DNA from: Eledone cirrhosa
Lineage: Eukaryota
NCBI GenBank assembly: GCA_964016885.1
Contig: OZ024764.1
Span: forward strand, 8,494,001-8,558,000
DNA: 64,000 nt
Direction: 5' to 3'
A model generated the notes under the pieces. It saw nothing but the letters and a program-made list of their open reading frames with translations. It had not been told where the DNA came from and ran no database searches. Shown here one piece after another: positions 41,601 through 49,740 of this stretch; position 1 is the first letter of the stretch; every line of letters begins with the position of its first letter. The position numbers and the translations under genes are program-made.

Positions 41601-44053
41601 AAAAGCTTCAATTCTGAACTTTTTCTTCTTCTTCCTCAGTAGGTTCTGTTCCAGGGTGATTTCAATGGCCTCCTGAGGTAGCCTCTGGGTACTTGTGGAT
41701 GGGGTGAGAGAGTCTGGGTCATCTGGAGGAATATAGACAGAGAAGGATTACTGGAAAGGAAAAATAAAATAAAATTTACTGCTCACCTATACATGTTTAG
41801 TGGCCTCCTACAAAATTGTATCTCACAGGAGGTTTCTTGGATTTTTTAATAATAGGGACCCCAGTCCTATCATGTTGTTACAGCTCACACCTTTGTATAT
41901 TTAGCTGGCCTCCTACAAAATTGTATCTCACAAGAGGTTTCTTGGATTTTTTAATGATAGGGACCCCAGTCCTATCATGTTGTTACAGCTCACACCTTTG
42001 TATGTTTAACCGATCTCCTATAAGGTTGTATTTCATATGAGGTTTCTTGGACGTTTTAATGATAGGGACCCCAGTCCTATCATGTTGTTACAGCTCACAC
42101 CTTTGAATGTTTAACCGATCTCCTATAAGGTTGTATTTCATACAAGGTTTCTTGGACGTTTTAATGATAGGGACCCCAGTCCTATCATGTTGTTACAGCT
42201 CACACCTTTGAATGTTTAACCGATCTCCTATAAGGTTGTATTTCATACAAGGTTTCTTGGACGTTTTAATGATAGGGACCCCAGTACTATCATGTTACAG
42301 CTCATACCTATGTAAGTTTAGCTGGACCCCTACAAGGTTGTATCTTACAGGAGGTTTCTTGGGTGTTTTAAAGATAGGGACCCCAATCCTATCATATTGT
42401 TGTTACATCTCACACCTATGTAGGTTTAGCTGGCCTCCTACAAGGTTGTACTTCATAGGAGGTTTCTTGCTCATTTTAATGATACTGACCCTAGTCCTAT
42501 CATGTTATTGTAACTCATAAGAGGTTTCTTGGGTGTTTTAATGATAGGGACCCCAGTCCCATCATGTTGCTGTTACAGCTCACACCTATGTAGATGTAGC
42601 TGGCCCCCTACAAGGATAGGGTTAGGGTGTGAGGCAGTGTGCGTGTATGTGTCTGAGACTGTGTATATGTGTGTGTGTGTGTATGTGTCGGAGGCTGTGT
42701 ATATATGTGTGTGTCTGAGGCAGTGTGTGTGTGTGTGTTCATAGGTAACTATAGAAACAGCCAAATAATCAGAGTAGTTAAACAATAATTAAAAAGAAGA
42801 CAATCTCTGAACTTACCAGCAACTTCCTCCCAGTCAGAGCCACTAGATTCTTCAGCAGCCAACACAGGACCTGCACCCATATGTTTGTTTCTCTGTGGCA
42901 GTCGTTTGCCCTCTATCTGCAGCAACATAGCTCTGATGTCAACCTCTTCGCCAGCTTTGACCTTCACATCATTGCTGCCTTTTCCTGTAACCTTGACCTT
43001 GCTCTTCACAGCTTTCTTTGTCGGATTTGTTCTTTTACCTTTCTTTCGTCTCCCGACATTTTCAGAATCTCCTCTTTCTTCATTACCACCACCACCACCA
43101 CCACCACCACCATCTTCATCATTTTCAGAGAGAAGCAGATGTTTTGATTTAGAAGATTTCAAAGCTGTCGTAGATTCTGTCTTGATCTTCTCTTTGTCGC
43201 TGTTCTTTTTCCTCTTCGTTGTTGTTGTTGTTGTCGATTTTTTGCATTTGCCAGATTCGTCAGTTTTTACAAAGGTTTTCAAACCAAGACTTTTTATGTC
43301 ATCATCTTCTAGCTTTAACTTTGCCTCTGTTTCAGCTTCAAATGTGTTGATATTAGCATCTTTTAAGTCTCCTGAGTATTCAGAAGAAACAAGCCTTTCT
43401 GTATCTTGAACCCATTTATTGGTGGTGTTTCTGCTTATATTTCTGTCCAAGTTTTTTGCAACCTGTTCTTTACAAACTTCTACCAGCTTATGTTCACTTT
43501 GAGCCTGACTTGCATTGACCTGTGGTTCACTTTGAGCCTGACTTGCATTGACCTGTGGTTCACTTTGAGCCTGACTTGCATTGACCTGTGGTTCACTTTG
43601 AGCCTGACTTGCATTGACCTGTGGTTCACTTTCAGCCCGACTTGTGTTGCTTTTTTCCTCCTTTTGCTCCTGCAGTCCACTTTGATCCTGGTCTACGCTG
43701 ATCTTTTGCAAACTTTTACCCTTTGATTTGTTTTGATTGCGGCCTGCACTGATGAGCTGCTCACATATTTCTGAGGTTTGGGGATTAATAATTGTAGCAG
43801 TCTTTGGTACTTCAGGAGCAGGCACATCAGAATCACTCCCTTCGCTACTTAGTAAAAGACCCACAGGATTAGCAATAGGAACAGTATTTCTTCCTTGCCT
43901 TTCATCTTCCTCACTAGAATCATCATCATCAACTTTCTTTTTAATCCGCCCTTTGGCTCGACTGCGATGATTTACAGGAATTCGTAGTTTCGTTTTAGTC
44001 CTGGGAGTAGTGTTGGCTACTCTCTTAAACTTCACTTTTTTAGCTACAGGCTC

Positions 44054-44086
<33 letters not shown>

Positions 44087-44371
44087 TTGAGAAGTGAAAC
44101 CATCGCTGTCCTTGCTCCTTGCTGCCCTGGCGTGGGGGGGCACTTGTTGTGTCCGAGACTTTCTTTCACCCTCCTCTTTCCACTGATCCTCGTTCACATC
44201 TACCCCACTGCTGCTATCGGAGTTATTGGACTCAAAGTAGTTCCGTACCGTCCTTGGTCTGGTTCTACTATCGGAGCACAATGGACCGTCCTTAAATTCT
44301 GCTGAGGCGCTGCTAGTGGTGAGAGCTTTCTTGCCTGTCTTTGCTGCTGGTCTTGTCCGTTTTGTACTCAT
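1..44371 (-). CDS. XPC: XPC / Rad4 DNA damage recognition protein (NER), 21 coding exons, 3' end runs off window
   Basis: The spliced translation contains XPC hallmarks: [96 protein letters not shown] and [10 protein letters not shown]. All introns are GT-AG with consistent phases. Confidence 0.96.
330..1270. repeat. About 9x104-bp tandem array derived from the SINE 3' half
   Basis: Period 104, seen in ORF starts at 660, 764, 868 and 972. Confidence 0.9.
1600..2310. repeat. About 10x71-bp tandem array derived from the SINE tRNA head
   Basis: GGATTTGAACTCAGATC recurs every 71 bp. Confidence 0.9.
3245..3536. repeat. (GT)n microsatellite
   Basis: Seen directly in the sequence. Confidence 0.95.
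3975..4917 (+). mobile_element. Degenerate RTE fragment (3' third of ORF + tail)
   Basis: Frameshifted homology to the ORF region PSGK.PC...YLGD...RLRWYGH; (TGA)n tail. Confidence 0.85.
5127..5216 (-). CDS. XPC: XPC coding exon 20
   Basis: [30 protein letters not shown] (centrin-binding helix region); AG/GT flanks. Confidence 0.95.
5785..6120. repeat. About 6x57-60-bp SINE-derived tandem array
   Basis: Repeated ttctacttttggcacaaggccagcaattacccagtgcattactggtactttattttatctc. Confidence 0.85.
6967..7060 (-). CDS. XPC: XPC coding exon 19
   Basis: [22 protein letters not shown]; cag|...|gtaagt. Confidence 0.95.
7294..8627 (-). mobile_element. Non-autonomous Helitron-like element
   Basis: On the minus strand it begins A|TCTACTATATAAA, carries a (GACA)-like microsatellite and the GTTTCATCAGGATCGG motif, and ends with a degenerate hairpin followed by CTAA|T. 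Confidence 0.7.
8638..8731 (-). CDS. XPC: XPC coding exon 18 (BHD3)
   Basis: [30 protein letters not shown]; |gtaagt. Confidence 0.95.
8745..9245. repeat. About 107-bp purine-rich tandem repeat
   Basis: GTGGTAGTCGGAGTATAGG recurs at 107-bp spacing. Confidence 0.85.
9517..10515. repeat. 48-bp minisatellite derived from RTE 3'UTR
   Basis: Unit gtggactgggtgctttttgtcgtgacacctacatgaccactttacagt, attached to an RTE 3' tail at 9393-9516. Confidence 0.9.
12242..12323 (-). CDS. XPC: XPC coding exon 17 (BHD3)
   Basis: [26 protein letters not shown]. Confidence 0.95.
12512..12601 (-). CDS. XPC: XPC coding exon 16 (BHD2)
   Basis: [30 protein letters not shown]; |gtaagt. Confidence 0.95.
13804..14923 (+). 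mobile_element. Truncated RTE copy with internal 8x80-bp tandem expansion
   Basis: [17 protein letters not shown]...; an 80-bp unit recurs at 14061, 14141 and so on to 14621. Confidence 0.9.
15043..15105 (+). ncRNA. Minimal type I hammerhead ribozyme motif (C3U variant)
   Basis: TATTTTAT-TTGATGA-[AAACGTACT..AGTACCTTT]-GAAA-TATGTA-TA-ATAAAATA. Confidence 0.7.
15766..15810 (-). CDS. XPC: XPC coding exon 15
   Basis: [15 protein letters not shown]; tag|...|gtaact. Confidence 0.92.
16397..16441 (-). CDS. XPC: XPC coding exon 14
   Basis: [15 protein letters not shown]; cag|...|gtttgt. Confidence 0.9.
17105..17298. mobile_element. Fold-back element family in (TA)n; copies at 22114-22302, 47647-47833, 51392-51577; probable Penelope-like remnants
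   Basis: About 110-bp palindrome plus an 80-bp unpaired tail; contains GAAA-CGGC..GCCG-TC, a hammerhead 3' half. Confidence 0.7.
17462..17522 (-). ncRNA. Minimal hammerhead motif, mirror copy in palindrome (sense to XPC)
   Basis: Reverse-complement arm of 17798-17858. Confidence 0.85.
17798..17858 (+). ncRNA. Minimal type I hammerhead ribozyme motif
   Basis: TATTTTAT-CTGATGA-[GAGCGTACCAAA GT TTTGGTGCCCTT]-GAAA-TATATA-TA-ATAGAATA. Confidence 0.85.
17907..18580 (-). mobile_element. 5'-truncated RTE copy, nearly identical to 32366-33047
   Basis: The 125-aa ORF 18201-18578 is identical to the C-terminus of the full element; only a few nucleotide differences are visible. Confidence 0.95.
18651..18762 (-). 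CDS. XPC: XPC coding exon 13 (BHD1)
   Basis: [35 protein letters not shown]. Confidence 0.95.
18815..19715. repeat. (ACC)-rich compound minisatellite
   Basis: Seen directly; intronic. Confidence 0.9.
19838..19895 (-). CDS. XPC: XPC coding exon 12
   Basis: [19 protein letters not shown]; |gtaagt. Confidence 0.95.
20225..20832 (+). mobile_element. Probable LINE (RTE-like) 5'-region fragment between TA/TATG microsatellites
   Basis: GC-richer island bounded by microsatellites; GAAGGAAAACTCTGA motif recalls RTE 5'UTRs. Weak evidence. Confidence 0.35.
21082..21571 (-). mobile_element. Truncated RTE copy with 2x80-bp duplication, flanked by (TA)n
   Basis: ORF 21096-21395 encodes [10 protein letters not shown]...GRPQKTW. 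Confidence 0.9.
22380..22510 (+). mobile_element. Second tRNA-derived SINE family (inverted copy at about 15575-15692)
   Basis: TGGCCTAGTGG A box, GGAGTTCAATTCC B box, TGTGTTCTTGAGCAAAACACTT core. Confidence 0.7.
22623..22775 (-). CDS. XPC: XPC coding exon 11 (TGD)
   Basis: [35 protein letters not shown]. Confidence 0.95.
22825..23095. repeat. About 7x40-bp tandem repeat
   Basis: gctagcctagggtgctaaatacccaggtacacactgtaga. Confidence 0.85.
23170..23262 (-). CDS. XPC: XPC coding exon 10 (TGD)
   Basis: [30 protein letters not shown]; |gtgagt. Confidence 0.92.
24088..24138 (-). CDS. XPC: XPC coding exon 9 (TGD)
   Basis: [16 protein letters not shown]; |gtaagt. Confidence 0.92.
24480..25650 (+). 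repeat. LINE (RTE-like) 3' fragment containing about 14x65-bp tandem array
   Basis: Unit gaattgagagatcacagctctgatactacagacatgtggttagaatgtctcaggaaagaatctct reads as a decayed [19 protein letters not shown]. Confidence 0.85.
25703..25860 (-). CDS. XPC: XPC coding exon 8 (disordered TGD insert)
   Basis: [18 protein letters not shown]...STKN; phases 2/1 fit the neighbouring exons. Confidence 0.85.
25978..26256. repeat. About 3x95-bp tandem repeat
   Basis: gctgatcatcagatcagaccaagg... occurs three times. Confidence 0.85.
26765..27507. repeat. 5x148-bp near-perfect tandem repeat
   Basis: ORF starts 26867 and 27015 are 148 bp apart; each unit has an internal hairpin. Confidence 0.92.
27546..27988 (-). 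CDS. XPC: XPC coding exon 7 (disordered TGD insert)
   Basis: EKTSSKKK...[11 protein letters not shown]...SDPE; phases 0/2 fit. Confidence 0.85.
29107..33047 (+). mobile_element. Full-length RTE-clade non-LTR retrotransposon, antisense in XPC intron 6
   Basis: About 500-bp 5' region, intact 1039-aa ORF, about 300-bp 3'UTR and (TGA)n tail; inserted in TA-rich sequence, with ATATTGTGTTATATAT on both sides as a possible TSD. Confidence 0.95.
29626..32745 (+). CDS. RTE ORF: APE endonuclease + reverse transcriptase + PHD-like finger
   Basis: APE motifs GTINV, QET, AYAPQ, GDFNGH, LDFIL, SQHSLV; RT motifs [31 protein letters not shown]; RTE-type C-terminus [11 protein letters not shown]...GRPK.TW. 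Confidence 0.97.
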   Translation: MNLRATKHPREAPTQRPSPTSVDKCPKLRVGTINVGSMKGRAGEIVEMLERKEVDVCCVQETRWRGGSARVLVGKSQCYKFFWVGNDDGMGGVGILLADKWVDKVISVYRVNARIIKLRLVLNKTITTIISAYAPQSGLPDELKDRFYESLIHTTALTDDKDFLIIAGDFNGHVGKHCDGFNRVHGGHGVGTRNEEGFRLLEFCDANDMSICNTNFKKPDNHLITYRSGEHSSQLDFILIRGRDRWTVVNTKAFPSEECTSQHSLVVSDLTVRTRRALKQRPTWRRKIWKLKVPSTSNRFKDILLNAYDSKEEQIETFNVEENWEFLKNNLLEATDEVCGWSKTSSRRRVTWWWNNKVDEAVKAKRQAWKEWKNGGSRVHYIETKREARRQVYLARREAEDRKFKHVLQREDQKQEVFKIARQCVRDSCDVIGEKCIRNDKGELALTSAEKKDAWKSHYDRLLNEENAWEEETLPHVDPIEGPAVQVSGSVVSKAIRDMKIGKATGPSGIAAEMLKASGSVGHTITTRIVNQVILEGAIPKDWCSSIIVNCYKGKGDALDRGNYRGIKLMDQVMKVTERVIAQLIRDRVNIDEMQFGFVPGKGTTDALFLVRQLQEKYLAKSKPLYLAFVDLEKAFDRVPRAVIWWALRKLGVDEWLVKAVQAMYRGAVSKVRIGNEYSEEFSVQVGVHQGSVLSPLLFIIVLQAITEEFKTGCPWELLYADDLALIAESMVELENKFQTWKQGLERKGLKVNMTKTKVLISRRENRTQIPSGKWPCSVCRKGVGRNSILCPKCKQWVHKRCSGISGSLIKNVGFTCSSCAETASKQPQETSTTNLWEGPVETVDSFCYLGDRISNGGGCSESTITRVRTGWKKFRELLPLLAAKGFSLRMKGRLYDACIRTAMLHGSETWALKVEDLRRLERNEACMLRWMCNSNIRERQSINELRERLSIRGIKCCVQERRLRWYGHVMRMKDDSCIKRCRALEVDGNRGVGRPKMTWDEVIKADLTQLHLSKSMTHDRDFWRHAVIQGTRPPMGTC
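33587..33670 (+). ncRNA. Hammerhead motif with G12A change; mirror copy at 33426-33509 on minus strand
   Basis: TAACAACTA-CTGAGGA-[GCA...TGC]-AAAA-[CAGTTTT C AAAACTG]-TC-TAGTTGTTA. Confidence 0.7.
33856..34030 (+). mobile_element. Short 3' fragment of another LINE family
   Basis: [21 protein letters not shown]...DRDRWRELV, flanked by TA tracts. Confidence 0.75.
34115..34198 (-). CDS. XPC: XPC coding exon 6
   Basis: [28 protein letters not shown]; |gtaagt. Confidence 0.93.
34300..35360 (+). repeat. Second LINE fragment containing about 14x65-bp tandem array, same unit as 24550-25460
   Basis: Same unit consensus; followed by [16 protein letters not shown]. Confidence 0.85.
35709..35777 (-). 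CDS. XPC: XPC coding exon 5
   Basis: [23 protein letters not shown]; cag|...|gtaagt. Confidence 0.88.
36115..36912. repeat. 48-bp RTE-3'UTR-derived minisatellite (opposite orientation to 9517)
   Basis: Unit cacccagtccacactgtaaagtggttatgtaggtgtcacaacaaaaag. Confidence 0.9.
36991..37188 (-). CDS. XPC: XPC coding exon 4
   Basis: [30 protein letters not shown]; |gtatgt. Confidence 0.93.
37215..38340. repeat. About 10x116-bp tandem array, related to MITE-like sequence at 63240-63355
   Basis: AAGAACCTTTGTTAAG recurs at 116-bp spacing. Confidence 0.9.
38369..38456 (-). CDS. XPC: XPC coding exon 3
   Basis: [29 protein letters not shown]. Confidence 0.9.
38745..41043. repeat. About 47x49-bp RTE-3'UTR-derived minisatellite
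   Basis: Unit aaaaggctcccagtccacactgtaaagtggtcatgtaggagacacagta, following an RTE 3' fragment at 38490-38745. Confidence 0.92.
41100..41478. mobile_element. Tc1/mariner-like MITE
   Basis: TIRs TACAAGGGTAATCCCAAAAGTAAGGTCTCC and GGAGACCTTACTTTAGGGATTGCCCTCGTA; an extra internal TIR copy at about 41299; TA flanks. Confidence 0.75.
41620..41722 (-). CDS. XPC: XPC coding exon 2
   Basis: DDPDSL...[16 protein letters not shown]; the donor gttcag is weak but is required by phase. Confidence 0.85.
41780..42615. repeat. Degenerate about 110-120-bp tandem repeat
   Basis: GATAGGGACCCCAGTCCTATC hairpin motif recurs. Confidence 0.8.
42817..44371 (-). CDS. XPC: XPC coding exon 1 (518 codons, low-complexity N-terminus ending in SDWEEV)
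   Basis: 540-aa ORF; acceptor tttctag| at 44384 just upstream of the ATG; donor gtaagt after SDWEEVA. Confidence 0.88.
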
Positions 44372-44388
44372 TTCAAATGTTAACTAGA

Positions 44389-44423
<35 letters not shown>

Positions 44424-45250
44424 TTTCTACTATAAGCACAAGGCCAGTAATTTAAATAAAATAAAGTACCAGTAATCGACCCCAGTGCATTACTGGTACT
44501 TTATTTTATCGACCCTGTAAGGACAAAAGGCATAGTTAACCTCGGTGGGATTTGAACTCAGAGTGTAAAGGGCCGTAACTCTATGTTGCTAAGCATGGCG
44601 TCCGACGTTCTACTGATACTGCCAATCCACCAATGATTTCTGTATTAGCCACACAGGGTTCACATTAAGGAAACATTAGAGACGGTACAGGACGATACAG
44701 TGTGGGGTCTTCTTTGCGTAAAAAAATAAAATTTATAAAAGTGACTAAGAAAATAAACATTTAAAACAAACATAACTCCTCCAAAGGTGAGGAGACTAAG
44801 GGTCACTCTTGTAGAAATGCCACAAAAGCCATGGTCACTCAGGAATGAAACCGTTCTAGTCCTGTAGAAGCCATTTCTATATTAAATATTTATACTCTGC
44901 TATGTATTGAGTACCTTACTTACTGTGGTAACCCCCGATTGAACCTGGGATAAGCATATCTATATATCTATATATGTTTAAAACATATTTTAAACATATT
45001 TGTTATGTTATTCTACAGTAAATTTATTTATATGCTTTGTATATATCATATGTTCATATTTTCTCTCCCATTTGTAATGTTATTTTTATAAACAGTGTGT
45101 TCTGTTATTGTTTCTGGCAATATTATAACAATATGACCCCCCCCCCCCCCAAGAATAACAATATATATATATATGTAGGAGGTGAGTTTTATTGTTGATT
45201 TAAAACTGCACTATTCACAAGTGTGTTTTAACCTTCATATCATGTCTCCC

Positions 45251-45321
45251 TATTTTATCTGACGAAAACGCAAATGTTATTGCATGATGATATTTGTTTT
45301 TGAAATGCGCATAATAAAATA
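45251..45321 (+). ncRNA. Minimal type I hammerhead ribozyme motif
   Basis: TATTTTAT-CTGACGA-[AAACGCAAATGTTAT..ATGATATTTGTTTTT]-GAAA-TGCGCA-TA-ATAAAATA. Confidence 0.85.
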
Positions 45322-47061
45322 CATGGAACTCTTTTAACCATCTTTCGATCTTATATATTATATATATTATATATATATAAAAACCTGAGTTTCAGAAGAT
45401 CCCGTTAAGGGTGGAAAGCAGCGATTCTTTGCTTAAATTTTCATCTGTTCTTATAAATATTTGCTCTACAGGTTTATATATATATATTATATAATCCTTA
45501 TCGAGCCTTCTTCGGATTTTAGTCTTCACATTTATTATTATTACTATATATATGGCGCATGTCTTTCTGGCATGACACCCATAATTTTGATTATATTAAT
45601 TTTGGATATATATATATATATATATATATGGAAAGAAAGAGAGATTTATTTAATTATGTCTCATATAAAATAATACAACCAACTTTCCACGAAAAACTAT
45701 ATAGTTAGCACTCCAAACACTTAATTGGAATTATACTTAGGTATATCCTAATGTTTGTTGAGTGTACTTTTTTGAACCCTTTCAAAAATCATTAGAGAGG
45801 TCACCAAGTGCTGTACTAGCCACCCATTTCGCTTGCCTTTTCTAATATACCTTATATTATATTATATTATATATATATATATATGGGGGGAGGGGCTCAT
45901 ATTGTTATAATATTGCCAGAAATAATAACAGAACACACTCACTGTTTGGTTTGGTTTTCGCTTATGTATATTTTATAAAAGATACAGAAGCGAAAACCAA
46001 CCCAAACACTCTTTGATTGTTGTTTATAAAGTATATATATTATATTATATTAGGTATATATATATATTATATTTGTTTTGCAAGGTTTTTGATATGAAAT
46101 CGTGTGTTGAAACAAATATTGTTATATTTGGGGAGGGTAATATTATAACAATATGACCCTCCCCAAATATAACAATATTTGTTTCAACACACGATTTCAT
46201 ATCAAAACCTTGCAAAATAAATATAATATAATATATATACCTAATATAATATAATATATATACTTTATAAACAACAATCAAAGAGTGTTTGGAACATTTA
46301 ATGTTTAAAACACCTTTTGATTGCTGCTTATAAAGTATTTCGGCTCTGTATTATATTTATTTTACATTGAGCTATTCTCATACTTGTAATTGGGTAATAT
46401 TTAATATTACCCACATTATATATATATATATTTAGACAATTATATATACACACATATGCGAGTCCCGGGTTCAATCGGGGGTAACCACAGTAAGGTACTC
46501 AATACATAGCAGAGTATATACAAGATTTAATATAGAAATGGCTTCAAACGGATTCCATCCTAACTTATATAGAAATAGCTTCTACAGGACTAGAACTGTT
46601 TCATTCGAAGGAAGGAAATCATCAGGAAAGATTTCCTTCCTTCGAATGAAACAGTTCTAGTCCTAAGTTAGGATGGAATCAGTTTGGAACTGGGTACTCA
46701 ACAGAGTACTCGATACTTGAGGTAGTAAGGTATGGTTATATTATAAAGATTCGGAACCCCGACGGCTGAGCTCTTGGATGAAAGCTAAGGATGAAAGGCA
46801 AAGTTAACCTCGACGGGATTTGAGGTTAACTTTAACTTTGCCTTTCATCCTTACGGGGTTAGATTATAATCTGTCTGTATTTATCGTTGGTGTGGTATAT
46901 ATATGGCCACAGCCTTCGGTCATTGGTGTCACATTTTTTTAACTGTTGTGTTTACTCTGGACGATAATGTATTAACAAAACTTCTCTATTGAGTGCTTTG
47001 TGGTTGCCTCAAACAACTTGAATAGTAACTGCGATATGGCAGCTACAATGTCGGTTTACAC

Positions 47062-47140
<79 letters not shown>

Positions 47141-47446
47141 AATATTTTCGTAGAAAATCTAAAGGAAAGAGGAGTGCTCTATGTATTGTACAGAGCTATT
47201 TAATTATATGTGTGTGTGTGTGTGTGTAGGAAAAGAGTAAGGACCCAGACGGCTGAGCTCCGGCCGTTTCTACAGCTAGATCCGAACTGTATGTATGTAT
47301 GTATGTAAAAAATAACAACACAATCGGTACACTACATGGAACGATATATATATATATATATATATAACTTCGATTCATATCTAATACAATATAATATTTT
47401 ATATAGATAGTCCTTTACTCCGCTGCTTCATTTGATGTGTGTATAT

Positions 47447-47486
<40 letters not shown>

Positions 47487-48118
47487 TTCCATGTAGTGTA
47501 CCGATTGTGTTATTTTTTTACATGCTTATATATAGTTCGGATCTAGCTGTCGAAACGAGTTGTTAGAAGCTATTAATATATATTATTAATTCGAACATGT
47601 GTAGTTTATCACCGAAACTTCAGTATGCATATATATATATATATATATAGGAGTAAGTAAGACCCCGACGGCTGAGCTCAAGCCGTTTCGACGGCTAATT
47701 CTGTACTGCCGTCGAAACGGCTTGAGCTCAGCCGTCGGGGTCTTACTTACTCCTATTACCCACTCTACTACCCTAAGTATTGAGTACTTTGGTGCGTTAT
47801 GGTCCACCTGGTTCCTTACCACTTTTCCCTCGCTATATATATATAGATAGATAAATATACACGGGTGTGTATGATTGTGTATAGAAGATTATATTAATAA
47901 GAGGAATTCCAACTTTGTCTGATTTACGTTTTATTTACAATCCTTTAAAATTTATAATGGTATGATAATGAAATAGTATGATAGAATATTAAATGTTAAG
48001 TGTTAATTGAACAAGTACTTTCATGCTTTCGCAATCTTCAGGTTCATAATATGTGGTGACAGTCAAGTTTGCAATCTTCACAGTTTAAAATTGCAAACTT
48101 GACTGTCACCACATATTA

Positions 48119-48157
48119 TGAACCTGAAGATTGCGAAAGCATGAAAGTACTTGTTCA
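48119..48157 (+). ncRNA. Minimal hammerhead motif; mirror copy at 48008-48046 on minus strand
   Basis: TGAAC-CTGAAGA-[T TGC GAAA GCA T]-GAAA-GTAC-TT-GTTCA. Confidence 0.85.
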
Positions 48158-48598
48158 ATTAACACTTAGAATTTAATATTCTATCATACTATTTCATTAT
48201 AATACCATTATAAATTTTAAAGGATTGTAAATAAAACGAGTAAATCAGACAAAGTTGGAATTCCTCTTATCTGGCGGTGTGCAAGCAAATTCGACCTACG
48301 ATATGAATGAGTTAGAAAACCACTCGACAAGGGTAGGTCCTTAGAGTAATAATATACGTTTAAATAGCTTGACAAATTGAACATTGTGGTAGGCAAAATC
48401 TAATACACAATACCAAAGTAACGAAAGAACTAACAGATTGAAAAAATATGTTTATCCCGAGTTCAATCGGGGGTAACCACAGTAAGTAAGGTACTCAATA
48501 CATAGCAGAGTATAAATATTTAATATAGAAATGGCTTCTACAGGACTATAACTGTTTCATTCGGAGAAAGCAGTTCTAGACCTGTAAAAGCAATTTCC

Positions 48599-48647
<49 letters not shown>

Positions 48648-48901
48648 CGGCGATGAATTAGTTTTGCGAGGTTTTTTATATGAAATCGTGTGTCGAAACA
48701 AGCGAAAAGCGAAAACCAACCAAACAGTGAGTGTGTTCTGTTATTAATTCTGGCAATATTACACAAATATGACCCTCCCCAAGTATAACAATATATATAT
48801 ATATATATATATATAATATGTATATATATATATATACATAATATGTATATATATATATATACATGTGTGTGTGTATACAATAGATTATAATAATAACTTA
48901 C

Positions 48902-49200
48902 GGTAACCAGAAACTGGCTAGATATGTGGTATAAATGCCGGGCCGTGTAATGTGTTGTTATATAATCAAAAACTGGGAGCTTCGTTTTTTCAAATCCCGT
49001 CCCGTCCCTATGAACAATTTAAATAGACAGGGAAGAAGAGGTAGAAGAAAGCACCGCCGCCACCATAAATATCATCATCATCGTCGTCATTGCTGCTGCC
49101 ATCACCATTATACCATGTGTCACAGTTTAAGAAGATATGCCTTGTGTTTACCCAAATAGCAATGTTACGTTAACACGTGTTAGATTTCCCGCGTTATTCT
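48902..49200 (-). promoter_or_regulatory. Candidate XPC promoter / non-coding first exon
   Basis: Strong donor ACC|gtaagt at 48901; unique sequence containing CpGs; E2F-like TTTCCCGC at 49185-49192; CHR-like TTTGAA (minus strand, 48989-48994) preceded by GGGACGGGACGGGA. Inference only. Confidence 0.45.
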
Positions 49201-49279
49201 CGAACCAAAGGTAGTTTAGTTTTATTTAATTTTATATTTTTAAATAAATAGTACTTTTGATCTTAACAACATCCATAAT

Positions 49280-49740
49280 AATTGTTTCTGATATAGGCAC
49301 AAGGCCAGCAATTTTGGGGGAAGGAAAGGGAAAATCGATTAAATCGACCGAACCAGTGCATTACTGGTACTTTATTTTATCGACCCCCGTATGGATGAAA
49401 GGCAAAGTTAACCTCGGCACGATTTGAACTCAGATTGTAAAGGGCCGTAACTCTATGCTGGTGTCCGACGCTCTACCAATACTGACAACCCACCGCCCTT
49501 AACAACATCGATAATGATTTCTACGATAGGCACAAGGCCAGCAATTTTGGGAGAGGGAGGGGGGGAGAGTTGATTAAATCGACCCCATTGTATTACTGGT
49601 GCTTTATTTTATCGACCCCCGTAAGAATGAAAGGCAAAGTTAACCTCGCCGGGATTTGAACTCAGACCGTAAAGGGGTGTGATTCTAAGCCATGAAGTAT
49701 GGTGTCTGACCCTCTACCGATACTGCCAATCCCCTGCCTT
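49280..49740 (-). mobile_element. Two tandem tRNA-derived SINEs (Nin/Deu-domain-like); about 17 family copies in window
   Basis: A box TGGCAGTATCGG, B box GAGTTCAAATCC, central GCCTTTCATCC..GGGGTCGATAAAATAAAGTACC, (ATT)n tail. Other copies near 1310, 1500, 3595, 6060, 6240, 6455, 12730, 13620, 16475, 26345, 44420, 50690, 50915 and 58332. Confidence 0.85.

Noticed and set aside
49400-49500. tRNA-like A/B boxes
   Set aside because: These are SINE heads, not complete cloverleaf tRNA genes.
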